A model generated the notes under the pieces. That model was not told where the DNA came from. It saw only the letters and a program-made list of their open reading frames with translations, and searched no databases. Shown here in pieces: positions 29,702 to 41,100 of a stretch of 64,000 nucleotides of DNA. Made by a program: the position numbers and the translations under genes. Source of the stretch: Escherichia phage vB_EcoM_JNE01; sequence record OR670491; one strand, written 5' to 3'. Position 1 is the stretch's first letter; every line of letters starts with the position of its first letter.

Positions 29702-29732
29702 AGGGAATGGTGATGAGCCATTCCTTCTTATT
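29702..29732 (+). terminator. intrinsic terminator (GGAATGG/CCATTCC)
   Basis: Stem-loop followed by a T-rich run. Confidence 0.55.
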
Positions 29733-29736
29733 AAAA

Positions 29737-29764
29737 TGGACAATCACTGAAAGCGTGATATAAT
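29737..29764 (+). promoter_or_regulatory. sigma70-like promoter (TGGACA, 16-nt spacer, TGaTATAAT)
   Basis: Same architecture as P1/P2. Confidence 0.45.
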
Positions 29765-29798
29765 TAAAGTTGTAATCAATAACATGGAGAGTTATACA

Positions 29799-30047
29799 AT
29801 GAGTCAAGAAAACCAACAAGAACAAGTTATCCAACTAGACCTAATCGACCTAATCAATGCTGCACGTATTCTAGAAGCTGCTGTTGCTCGTAATACTTTT
29901 ACCGTTGATGAATTGGTTCAAGTCGCACCAGTTGTTTCTAAAGTTGTTTCTTTTGCACAAACTGCACAAGCAGACATTGAAGCTAAAGAAGCAGCACGTC
30001 TTGCTGCTGAAGCTGGTGAAACTAACAACGTTCAAGAAGGGGAATAA
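29799..30047 (+). CDS. hypothetical small protein
   Basis: ATG with GGAGAG SD; ORF track begins at 29784. Confidence 0.4.
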   Translation: MSQENQQEQVIQLDLIDLINAARILEAAVARNTFTVDELVQVAPVVSKVVSFAQTAQADIEAKEAARLAAEAGETNNVQEGE

Positions 30048-30049
30048 TT

Positions 30050-30691
30050 ATGGCTATTCGTCACACTGGTGTAATGCGTAATACAGGTTCACGAGTTTTC
30101 GTTGTATGGCGTGCACTACCAGATGATCCACAACATTGCTTGGTAATTTATCGTGATTCACTTCCAGAAGCATATGTATATGCCGTGACTGATATTGTCA
30201 ACAATCAAGGTCAAAGCTCAATCGACCTATGGGAAGTTATGCACAAGATTGGTTATCTAGATGGACGTAAAATGCTAGATGTTCTACACAATATGCAGTA
30301 CTTACATCGTGTTCGCACTTGTGACATTGATATGCATACTGGTGGTAACAACAAGATTTCTCTTGACGTTCTAAACGCTGCTATCGATGAAGGTAACAAA
30401 GTACACCAAGATAGCAAAGTAAAAGATTTCAATCCATTTGCACCACAAGAAGTTGATACCAGCGTTGAAGATGCTACTATCGTAGGTCAACTACTAGCTG
30501 ATGCTCGTAAACACGAGAAACTAGCTCAAGACTTCTATGAGCGTGCATATAACCTAGAACCTTCACTTCGTACTGAAGTTAAAGTTGAAGCAGTAACTCC
30601 AGGTACATTCACTGTTGAATTCCCTGAAGGTATTTCACAAACTAAAGCAATCGAACGTGTTAAGAAAGCTCTTGCAGAGCGTAAAGCATAA
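30050..30691 (+). CDS. hypothetical protein
   Basis: 213-aa ORF with GAAGGGG SD. Confidence 0.5.
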   Translation: MAIRHTGVMRNTGSRVFVVWRALPDDPQHCLVIYRDSLPEAYVYAVTDIVNNQGQSSIDLWEVMHKIGYLDGRKMLDVLHNMQYLHRVRTCDIDMHTGGNNKISLDVLNAAIDEGNKVHQDSKVKDFNPFAPQEVDTSVEDATIVGQLLADARKHEKLAQDFYERAYNLEPSLRTEVKVEAVTPGTFTVEFPEGISQTKAIERVKKALAERKA

Positions 30692-30696
30692 GTTCT

Positions 30697-31293
30697 ATGA
30701 AAATAACCGAATTAGATGAAGCAATTCGTGGCTTTTCTAATACGTTTTTCAGTGGCGGGGCAGATGGTGCTGACCGCCATTTTACATTATATGCTCTTGA
30801 AAAGGGATTCAATGTAATCAACTTTTCTTTCAGGGGTCATAATCATAGTGTAGATGAAGATACAATATTAGAAATACCTTCTCATATTTTATGTGATAGT
30901 ACAGTACTGAAACAATTAAACATGGCATGTTACTCTTTGCAGCGTAAAGTACCTAAGCCTGGTTCTTACGTATTCAACTTACTAGCACGTAATCGTTATC
31001 AAATTCTAAACACAGAACGAGTTTATTGTATTGCAAAAATCGAATCACCAACTAGAGTTAGTGGCGGTACTGCATGGGCAGTTCAAATGTATATGGATAG
31101 TGTTGACAATCCTGAAATCTATTGTTATGATATGAATTCAAAAAGTGTGTATACATTTGACAATACAAATAAAGAGTTCGTTGAAGTATTCACTATTCCT
31201 GCACCACATGGTAATTGGACAGGAATTGGTTCTCGAAATGCAACTGTTAAGCATTTTGAGCATTTCAAAACATTTTTCAAGGAAGACAAATGA
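30697..31293 (+). CDS. hypothetical protein with DprA/Smf-like (SLOG-type Rossmann) signature
   Basis: FSGGADGADRHFTLYAL and LARNRYQIL ... SGGTAWAVQ resemble the DprA motifs SGxAxGxDxxAH and RNR...SG; recalled only. Confidence 0.35.
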   Translation: MKITELDEAIRGFSNTFFSGGADGADRHFTLYALEKGFNVINFSFRGHNHSVDEDTILEIPSHILCDSTVLKQLNMACYSLQRKVPKPGSYVFNLLARNRYQILNTERVYCIAKIESPTRVSGGTAWAVQMYMDSVDNPEIYCYDMNSKSVYTFDNTNKEFVEVFTIPAPHGNWTGIGSRNATVKHFEHFKTFFKEDK

Positions 31294-32219
31294 AACAACT
31301 ACAAGAGCTATATCAAAAAATTCTAGATGAAGGCGTAGAAAGCGTTGACCGTACTGGTGTTGGTACAATCAAACTAATCGGACAACAAATGCGTTTTGAT
31401 TTGTCGGAAGGTTTTCCAGCAGTGACAACTAAACGTTTAGCTTGGAAAGCAATGACCTCGGAATTGTTATGGTTCATTGAAGGTTCCCATGATGAACGTC
31501 GTCTATGTGAAATTCTACATGGTACTCGTGATTGGGAAAAAGTGACAATCTGGACTGGTAATTACAAAAACCAAGGTGTTAATCTTGGATACACCGATGG
31601 TGAGTTGGGTCCAGTTTATGGCAAACAATGGCGTTGCTGGGAAGATTACAAATTCAGTGCTGTTACCGAAGAAATTCAAGAATTGAAAGACAAAGGATAC
31701 AAAGTACTGGATTATACAGGTTCACATGGTGTTGTTATGAAACGCACCACTGACCAGCTAATGGATCTAATCAATGGTATCAAAGAAGATCCATACGGTC
31801 GTCGTCACATTCTTTCCGCATGGAACGTTGGTGAACTTGACCAAATGACATTACCACCATGTCATAGCTTTGTTCAGTTCTGTGTTGTTCAAGGTAAACT
31901 AAGCTGCATTCTACATCAACGTAGTGCTGATATGTTCTTGGGTGTTCCATTCAATATTAGTAGCTATTCTCTACTAACACATATTATTGCACAAATTACT
32001 GGGTTAGATGTTGGTGAGTTTATTTGGAATGGTGGAGACTGCCACATTTACAAAAACCACGTTGAACAAGTAAAAGAACAACTACTTCGTGAGCCACACG
32101 AACTACCAGAATTATGGTTAGATCCTTCAATTACTTCTATCGAAGATTTGAAAATGAATTCATTCAAACTACTGAATTACAATCCAATGGCAACAATCAA
32201 AGCACCAATGGCTGTATAA
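31290..32219 (+). CDS. thyA: thymidylate synthase (ThyA type)
   Basis: MRFDLSEGFPAVTTKR, ELLWFIEG, active-site PPCH, SADMFLGVPFNI; 309 aa. Confidence 0.9.
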   Translation: MKQLQELYQKILDEGVESVDRTGVGTIKLIGQQMRFDLSEGFPAVTTKRLAWKAMTSELLWFIEGSHDERRLCEILHGTRDWEKVTIWTGNYKNQGVNLGYTDGELGPVYGKQWRCWEDYKFSAVTEEIQELKDKGYKVLDYTGSHGVVMKRTTDQLMDLINGIKEDPYGRRHILSAWNVGELDQMTLPPCHSFVQFCVVQGKLSCILHQRSADMFLGVPFNISSYSLLTHIIAQITGLDVGEFIWNGGDCHIYKNHVEQVKEQLLREPHELPELWLDPSITSIEDLKMNSFKLLNYNPMATIKAPMAV

Positions 32220-32225
32220 ACGAAA

Positions 32226-32251
32226 GGGAGAACATATGTTCTCCCTTTTTT
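32226..32251. terminator. bidirectional terminator (palindrome GGGAGAACATATGTTCTCCC with A-run/T-run flanks)
   Basis: Perfect palindrome between the convergent thyA and fibre genes. Confidence 0.7.
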
Positions 32252-32252
32252 A

Positions 32253-34217
32253 TTATCTTAATGTTACCAATGTTCTTCCAGCAAACCTTACATCAGGTGA
32301 AGAAGGGATGCTAAAGACCACGTTAGTGCCGTTAAACGTCACGCTATCGACCTCAACTCGTGTATACACACCAGTACTCACTAGTTCCTGAATCTCTGCT
32401 GTAACGATGTTACTGGCTGTTACAGTGAGTGTATAGTAGTCACCACTAAGCACCCATGCAGACGCAGTGAATGGGTCAGTACGAACAGAACCAGAACCGA
32501 TTGGAACCCACTGTCCTTGTACTTTTTGCATTGATGTACGTTCGGTGTTGGAGTATGCAATCATACCATCTACACCTACACTGTTATCAATAGTAGCTAG
32601 TACTGGTAATTGAATACCATAACGGTTGAAACGTGTACGAATAGTACCATTATCAAGAATAGTTACGTCAGCGTAATTACCCATAGATACTTTTAAATCA
32701 GCACTTAGCAATTGAATAGTTGATTGGTTAGCTGTACTTTCTAAAGTAAAGATACCACTTTCCATTAGATTAAGATTTTTGAATCTATTACTTGCAGCAT
32801 TGAATACGGTATTAGCTGCAAAAGTACTTACACCATTGATAGTAACTGTATCAGTATTAGCATCACCTAAAACAGTATTACCTTTAACGTTCAGGTTACC
32901 ACTTGCTGTAATGTTAGTTACGTTCAAACCACCACTAAGAGTAGTTGCACCATCAACTGTCAAATCACCATGAAGTACTGTAATACCATTTCTAAATTCA
33001 GCTTGAACTTTGTTCATTGAACTTAGTGAGATAATATTACTATCACCACTAATACCTACGTTAGTATTAGTTGCATTATCAAAACGTATAGTTGGAGTAG
33101 CTGCTGGTGTTGTATTTGAATAGTAAAGTACTAATGCACCATTAGTTACACGTACACGTTCAGTTCCATTAGTCGTGAAACCAATAGTATCATCTTGTGG
33201 ATGGAAAATACCAGTATTCGGGTCAGACCATTTGGCTGGATCATTACCTGGGTTTGTTATTGGATCAAATGCGTTATTGTTAAATGACAATGCTGGAGCA
33301 GAGGCTGTACCATATGTTATACCAAAACGACCTGCACCTTTAGTTCCATCGTCATACATGGAATCACCATCACGACGAAGACCTTCAACTGCAATGTTAT
33401 CAAGCATAGTTTGAACAGTACTGGAGTTTTTAACGAACTCACGATTGTTTGCAATCATTACTGTATTATCATATAATACTGAAGCCGCTGCAATACTTGC
33501 TCTTGATTGACGCAAACGAATGTTTTTAGTATCAGTTATAATAATCCAGTCACCATCAGAAAGTGCGGTTTGGTTCATAGGTGAACCACTAGCAAATGCG
33601 TTTGTCAAATCAGTGTCTTGTGCAAGATTAACTAAACCAGTGTGACCTGTGGATGGAATTGAAGCAGTTACAATACGAGCAAATGCATAACTTACTAGTT
33701 TAGAACCAGCAACGATTGGATTGGAATCAACGTAATACATTATTTGAATCCAGTTCCCTTGACCAGTTGGGTTGGTAGGCGTAAATGTTACTGGACTTGT
33801 AGCTGGACTGTTTGCTTCAAAGTGAGCTTGTGCCGCGTCCATGATACCACGAACAACATAATAATCACCTTTAATACTTTCAGCAGGGGCTGGAAGTGGG
33901 CTTTGTGTTAGTGGAGGATCAATATCATCTTCAATAGGTGAATATGTACCAACGAATTGAAGACCACTGGTAATTGAATCAGGTAATTGTGAAGTTAATA
34001 GTTTACCATTGTTATCTAAGTTAGCAAATCTTCTATATGAAACCGTCCCATCTTCAAAATCAAGTACACCTTCAAACGCTTTCCATTCTTGGTTGTATCG
34101 AAACATACCAGACCTGATAACATCAGTTGTTTGTTTAGTTGGTGCTTTAGGTAATTCTAGAAAGGATTTACTATCTATAATTACACCGCCATCACCTCTA
34201 ATTCGATTTATACTCAT
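32253..34217 (-). CDS. tail fibre protein
   Basis: 654 aa, Thr/Ser/Asn/Gly-rich beta-type repeats (NGTERVRVTNGALVL); GAGGAAA SD. Confidence 0.55.
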   Translation of the reverse strand: MSINRIRGDGGVIIDSKSFLELPKAPTKQTTDVIRSGMFRYNQEWKAFEGVLDFEDGTVSYRRFANLDNNGKLLTSQLPDSITSGLQFVGTYSPIEDDIDPPLTQSPLPAPAESIKGDYYVVRGIMDAAQAHFEANSPATSPVTFTPTNPTGQGNWIQIMYYVDSNPIVAGSKLVSYAFARIVTASIPSTGHTGLVNLAQDTDLTNAFASGSPMNQTALSDGDWIIITDTKNIRLRQSRASIAAASVLYDNTVMIANNREFVKNSSTVQTMLDNIAVEGLRRDGDSMYDDGTKGAGRFGITYGTASAPALSFNNNAFDPITNPGNDPAKWSDPNTGIFHPQDDTIGFTTNGTERVRVTNGALVLYYSNTTPAATPTIRFDNATNTNVGISGDSNIISLSSMNKVQAEFRNGITVLHGDLTVDGATTLSGGLNVTNITASGNLNVKGNTVLGDANTDTVTINGVSTFAANTVFNAASNRFKNLNLMESGIFTLESTANQSTIQLLSADLKVSMGNYADVTILDNGTIRTRFNRYGIQLPVLATIDNSVGVDGMIAYSNTERTSMQKVQGQWVPIGSGSVRTDPFTASAWVLSGDYYTLTVTASNIVTAEIQELVSTGVYTRVEVDSVTFNGTNVVFSIPSSPDVRFAGRTLVTLR

Positions 34218-34308
34218 GTAATATTTCCTCAGAATAGATTTATATATTATGTATTTATTTTAGATAAAAGAAAAGGCCAACCATAGTTGACCTTAGAATA
34301 GTTATATA

Positions 34309-35091
34309 TTAACGAGTGCGTTCTGGAATTTCTACCCCTTCATACACCCATTTTGCTGCTAACTGTAGTTGGCGAATAGGTTCATCACCTACATCTTGTA
34401 CTGCATTAATTGCAGAAACTTGTGCATCACATTCAGCGAATACTGCATCAATCATAGCAAACAATTCATCATTTAGTTGAGTCATTTCTGCTGCTGAAAG
34501 AGTTAAAATTGCATCTGCAAGATATAAAGAAACTGATTCTTTACCAGCTTGAACTTGTGTGTAATAGTTTAGAACCATTTGACGACCAGCAATATCAGTT
34601 GGAATTAAATGATCTTTGAACTTATAACCAGCGGTTGAACGTTCAGAACGTGCACTATAGGTTCTTGCTACTAGTTCACTTTGTACATCAATGAAATTTG
34701 AATCCACATAATTGTAAGTTTTAAGAGCAGTTAGTGCTTTATAATCCCCTTGTGCTTCTTCAATAAAAGTAACTTCAGGTTGACTGGAATCTTTTAATTT
34801 GACGAATTCTAGATATTCACCAATTGCGTTAGTATTCCCGACATTTTTATTTTCCAACCACCAGAAACCTTCTTCTTTACGTACATCATCATTTCCTACA
34901 GGAGCCGGAGAGTTAGGAGAAACCGAGATGCCGTATAGTGGACGAATGTCAGAATACATGTTAAAATATTCTTTCCCTTCATCTGGGGTTGCGATAGTGC
35001 GAGGCTTCAATCCTTTTACGTTAACTGGATTGGAAATGATATTTCCGAGTTCGTAATTTTCTTGAGAGCTACCCTTAACAAATGTAAACAT
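34309..35091 (-). CDS. hypothetical structural protein (fibre module)
   Basis: ATG with AAGGTGG SD; ORF track begins at GTG 35100. Confidence 0.45.
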   Translation of the reverse strand: MFTFVKGSSQENYELGNIISNPVNVKGLKPRTIATPDEGKEYFNMYSDIRPLYGISVSPNSPAPVGNDDVRKEEGFWWLENKNVGNTNAIGEYLEFVKLKDSSQPEVTFIEEAQGDYKALTALKTYNYVDSNFIDVQSELVARTYSARSERSTAGYKFKDHLIPTDIAGRQMVLNYYTQVQAGKESVSLYLADAILTLSAAEMTQLNDELFAMIDAVFAECDAQVSAINAVQDVGDEPIRQLQLAAKWVYEGVEIPERTR

Positions 35092-35173
35092 ATAAACCAC
35101 CTTATTTTATTTTTTTTTGAATTAGTATCGAAAAACCAGTACTGATCATTGTGACCAGTACTGGGGACATCAA

Positions 35174-38100
35174 TTATGAAGTACGTTGAGCAATAAACAA
35201 GTCAATAACGTTACTTACACCATCATATACTGCTTGGTAGATAGTAACACTGTTCGCTGCTAGGTTCTGTTCACCATCCACAATAGAGTAAGATGGGTCA
35301 GCAGTTAGTACACGGTTACCAGTTGCATCTTGCTTCGCATACATGAAGATAGATGCAGCTTTACCACCACCAATCAGGCCAGCAATTGGTGCTAGTGTGG
35401 TGTTCTGGTCTAGAGTGATAAAGTACACACTAGTAGAGCCATCAGGAGTCCATGTACCAGCCGGAGCAACAGTACTGGAAGTAACTTGTGATGGGATAAC
35501 ATCATACTTCTTAGTAGTTACAGAAGTAGTTACAAAGTTAGCTTCGTCAGTAGTGAATACACCAGCAACTTCAATACCTTTTTCGAAAGTAGCTTTCTCA
35601 ATGAAAGTACTTGTTCCGTTAACTGTGATAACATCTGCTGCTGCATCACCTAGTGTTACGCTACCAGTGGTAGTTAGTGCACCAGATATATTTACAGCCG
35701 CTAGGGTACTTGTACCAGTTACTGCTAGAGTTGAACCGATTGTTGCAGTGCCAGAAGTTGTTAGGTTAGTAACAGAAGCTTCTGCTAGTGTTGCTTTACC
35801 AGTTACACCTAGTGTACCACCAACAGTTGCTGCACCAGTTACGCCTAAAGTAGTTCCAACAGTTACTGCACCAGTGAAGGTTCCACCAACACCACTTACG
35901 TTACCACTGAACTCACCATCAACGCCTTTAACTTTACCAGTACTGGTGATTGCACCAGAACCTAAAGTACCAGTGATTGTCGCTGCTCCACCAACTGTTA
36001 AGTTACCAGTTGATTGCATTGAACCACCTTTAACTAGGTTAGTACTTGTTAGTGATTTAACGTTTACATCAGCATTTGATTGGTCAACGTTGGCATATAG
36101 AACACCACCAACTGTAAAGTTACCAGTAGTAACAACGTTACCGTTAACTGTTAAGTTGTTGTTTTGTGATCCAACTGCACCAAATGTACCAGAGTTTGCA
36201 ATAACTGCTGCGTCAGTTGAAATGTTACCAACTGCGGATAGAGTTGCAGAAGCTTCAATTGCATATGGTTCTAGTGTTTGACCACTTACGTCGATATCGG
36301 CGTTAATGCCACCTTCAACACGTAGTTTACCAGCAATAAAAGTATCAGGGAAAATCTGAACAGTTTCAGGTTGTTCACCAACTTTAACACCAACTACTAG
36401 GTTTGCACCAGTTTTAACTGTACCAGTTTCTAGTGAACCAGAAGTTACTTTGCCAGTTACTTTTGCATCAGCAGCTACAGTTAGTGCATCACCGGAAGCG
36501 GAGGACAATGCCAATGATGGAGCAGAAACAGCACCAGTTACACCTAAAGTGCCACCAACAGTTGCGTTACTTGTTACACCTAGTGTACCACCGAATGTAC
36601 CGTTTGTATCACTGTGGATAGCAGCAGAAGTAGACAAACTCTTCGCAACGATATCAGATGTTGTTAGGTCTAAACCACCAGCAGGAGTAAATGTACCGCT
36701 TACTGTTAGGTCATTAGTGAAAGATGAATTACCAGCCATAGTTAAACCAGCAGTACCAACAATACTTGTTGCAGAAACTGCACCAGTATCTAGTGAACCA
36801 GTTGTTGCTTTACCAGTTACACCTAAAGTATTACCTAAAGTAACAGCACCAGTTGTAGATAAAGTACCAGCTACAATTGCATTACCTTTAACATCAAGAC
36901 CAGTACCAGAAGCATTGGACAATGTTAGGGACGGAGCAGAAACTGCACCAGTTACACCTAGTGTACCAGCGATAGTTGAGTCACCACCAATAGTTGCCCC
37001 CGCAGTGCTCTTAATTGTGGTTGCCACGTCAAGGCTGTTTGCAGTAATATCAGAAGTAGATAGATCCAAACCACCCACTGGAGTGAATACACCGTTAACC
37101 GTTACAGCATCAGCAAATGTTGCAGCACCAGTTACACCTAGTGTACTACTAAATGTTCCAGATGTTGCAGAAACTGCACCAGTATCTAACGAACCAGTAG
37201 TTGCTTTACCTGTTACACCAAGAGTACCACCAACAGTTTGATTTCCGGTAACAGTAAGAGTCCCAGTTTGTGCATCAACAGTTGTGATTTTACCTGAACC
37301 ACTGATATCAGTAGTAGATACACCACCACTTAGAGTACTCAAACCAGTTGCTTTTAGGGTTGTCGCAACATCAAGACTGTTTGCTGTAATGTCTGCACCA
37401 CTTAGATCCAAACCACCTTCAGGAATAAATTCACCTTTAACAGTTAGTTTTTGAACTACTGAATCACCAGTTACGGTTAGAGCAGAAGAAGTTAAACCAC
37501 CGTTCAAAGTTGCTGCACCAGTAACACCAAGTGTACCACCGACAGCCGCATTAGAAGTTACTGAAGCGTTTTCTAGAGTTGCAGTACCGGAGATATTTGC
37601 ACCTTGTGCAGTGATACTACCAGTATCAACACGTACACCACCAGCTACAACTTGAATACCACCTGTATTAACAGTTAGTTTATTACCAACAGTTGCTGCA
37701 CCAGTTAGAGTGCTTGTACCAGCTACAGACAAGTTACCGGAAACGGCTGGGCTACCAGTTACATTACCAGTTGTTAGAACTAGATCAGCACCAACAGTAG
37801 TATTACCGACAGAAGCTAAAGTGTTTGCAGTTACATCAGAAGCAGATAGGTCAAATGTACCAGCTACTACCAAGTCACCACCGATATTTGCACCACCAGT
37901 AGTAGTGATTGATTTAGCACTAACATCAGTTGTTGCTAGGTCAATTGCACCTGGAGTTACAGTTCCGGTTACAGTTAAATCACCTGTTACTTTAGTGTTG
38001 CTTGCAATTTCCACACCAGTTTCGTTAGAAATGGTTGGAGTTACCAAGGAAACAGCAGTTGCTTGACCAGATACTGTTAGTGAAGTTCCAATTACTGCAT

Positions 38101-41100
38101 CTGCACTTGTGCGTAGACTTGTTAGAATTGATGGACCTTCAACAGATAGCTCAGTTGCATTAACTGCATTAATAGTTGCAGTAGTAGATTTAAGTACTGG
38201 AAGTACGTTAGCATTAACTAAGTCAGTACTTTGAATAATACCAGCAGAAGATAGTGATTTAACACTAACATCAGCAGCACTAAGATCAACAGTGCCAGCT
38301 ACTACTAAGTTACCACCAATGTTTGCACCTTCGGTTGTTGTAATAGATTTAGCACTAACATCAGTAGTGGTTAGGTCAATAGAACCTGGAGTTACGGAAC
38401 CAGTCACTACTAGATTACCAGTTACGGTAGTGTCGTTTTTAATTTCAACACCAGCAGCATTTGCAATTGATGGAGTAGTTAGTGAACCAACGGTAGCATT
38501 ACCAGTTACATCAAGAGTAGTACCCACAGATACTGCACCAGTAGCATCGAGTGAAGCTACATTAGATGCACCACTAACATTTAGTGCGGTTACATTTGCA
38601 GTTCCAACAGTTGCTGTGGTACTATTAAGTACTGGAAGTACGTTTGCATCAGTTGCGTTAGTAGAAGTTACAATACCTGGAGTAGTTAAAGATTTAACAC
38701 TAACGTCTGCTGCACTAAGATCAACTGTACCAGCTACTACTAAGTTGCCACCGATAGATGCACCAGCAGTTGTAGATATGGATTGAGCACTAACATCAGT
38801 CGTTGATAGATCAATTGCACCTGGGGTAAGTGTACCAGTGACAGTTACATTATCAGTAAAAGTAGTGTTACCGTTAATAGTTGGTGAAGTTAGAGTTCCA
38901 GTTGATAATGAACCAGTAGTTGCTGCACCAGTTAAATTCATAGAAGAACCAGCGATAGCTACACCTTCGATATTACCAGTTACTTTCAAAGAAGAACCAG
39001 AAATAGCTGCTGCACTAACGTTACCAGTTGCAGTGATTGCACCAGCACTTACATCGGCTAGGGTACTTGCACCAGCAACACTTAGGGTTGTGGTTACATC
39101 AACTTTATTAGGAGCAATATCAAGACCATCAACGTTAGCATCTGCTACAACACCAGTTGTAGTTCCAGTTACTACTAGGTCTTTAACTGTTACTGTTTGA
39201 CCAGTTACTGTCACATTCCCGCTAAATGCACCCGCTGCACCACTTACATCACCACTGAATGTACCGTTCACACCACTTACATTACCAGTAAATGTACCAT
39301 CAACACCGCTCACATTACCACTGAACTCACCACCAACGCCTTTTACGTTACCAGTACTGGTAATTGCTCCAGAGTTTAGTGCTCCAGTCACGTTAGCAGT
39401 TCCACCAACGAGTAAGTTAGCATTAATAGTTGCACCACCAGTTGATTCTAATGATGAAGATTTAATTTCACCAGCCGCAATAACGGAATTAGGTGTTAAA
39501 TCCTGACCACTCACATCAACTGTTAGACCAGTTACGACACCAGTGAAGTCTACATCATTAAGAATGGTTTTACCATTAACTTTTAGACGAGGTGTTGCTG
39601 GGCTTTGTGTTGAGTTACCTAGAATTTCTACATAATCTAATTTGTTTAGACCTTTACCTGTAATACCATAGGTCGCAAGAGACTCATCACCAAAAGTTGC
39701 AGTTTTTTGTACAGTAAGAGTTACCGGAGCCATAGATTCAGACTGGATTTCGTTCTGTAGTAGAACTGTTGGACGTTGACCTGCTGCGGAATAACCAAAA
39801 CCTAGTTTAACGTCAGCATTTGCAACGTTTTGACCAAGGGTAATGGCTTTAACAGTTGCAGTTGTGTTGTTACCAGTGATGTTTGCACCTAATGTAACTG
39901 CTCCGTTAAGACCAGTAGCACCACTTACGTTCAAACTGGTAGCCTGGATATCATCTAAATCAAATGTACCACCTAATGTTCCAGAAACATTGATGTTATT
40001 GAAGTTTGCAGTACCAGTACTTTCAATATTAGGTAATGTTGCAGTTCCAGTTACTTCTAAATCAGTGACCTTAGTTAGTCCTTTGGTTACTTCGAGTAAA
40101 GGAGTACTAGGATCTTGTGTTAAGTTACCACTAATAGTTACATAATCTAATTTGTTTAGACCTTTACTTGCGATACTATAGGTGGAAAGAGATTCATCAC
40201 CAAACGTCGCACTTTTTAGTACGTTTAGGTTAGTTGGTGACATTAATTCGGTTTGAATTTCGTTTTGTAGAACTACAGTTGGGCGAAGCCCTGCCGCTGA
40301 ATATGTAAAACTCAAGCGATCAGTACTACTTGCTGCGTTAGCACCCAATTTAATGTCTTTGAATGTCGCAGTTGTATTGATACCAGTGATGTTTGCACCT
40401 AATGTAACTGCTCCGTTAAGACCAGAAGCACCACTTACGTTCAATGAAGTTGCATTAATGTCATCAAGACTGAATGTACCACCAAGAACACCATTTATGT
40501 TAATATCATTGAAGTTAGCTGTACCAGTACTTTCAATATTAGGAATAGTAGCAGAACCAGTTACTTCGAAATCAGTTACTTTAGTTAAACCTTTAGTAAC
40601 TTCAAGTAAAGGAGTAGTTGGTGATTGAACTGTGTTACCACTAATAGATACATAATCTAATTTGTTTAGACCTTTACCTGTGATACCGTAAGTATCGAGA
40701 GACTCATCACCAAATGTTGCAGTTTTGAGTACGTTTAGGTTTGTTGGTGACATTAATTCAGATTGAATTTCGTTCTGTAGAACAACTGTAGGTCGTTGAC
40801 CTGATGCTGAATAGGTAAAACTCAAGCGATAAGTACTGCTTGCTGAGTTTGCACCCAATTTAATGTCTTTGAATGTCGCAGTACTATTGATACCAGTAAC
40901 GTTAGCACCAAATGTAACAGCACCTTGTAAACCAGAAGCACCACTTACGTTCAATGTAGTTGCATTAATGTCATCAAGGCTGAATGTACCGCCTAGTGTA
41001 CCACTAATATTAACATCTTTGAAGTTTGCTGTACCAGTGCCAGTGATAGTTTCACTAGAAATTGCAGTGATTGTTGCTTCATTTGCAGTTAATTTATCAA

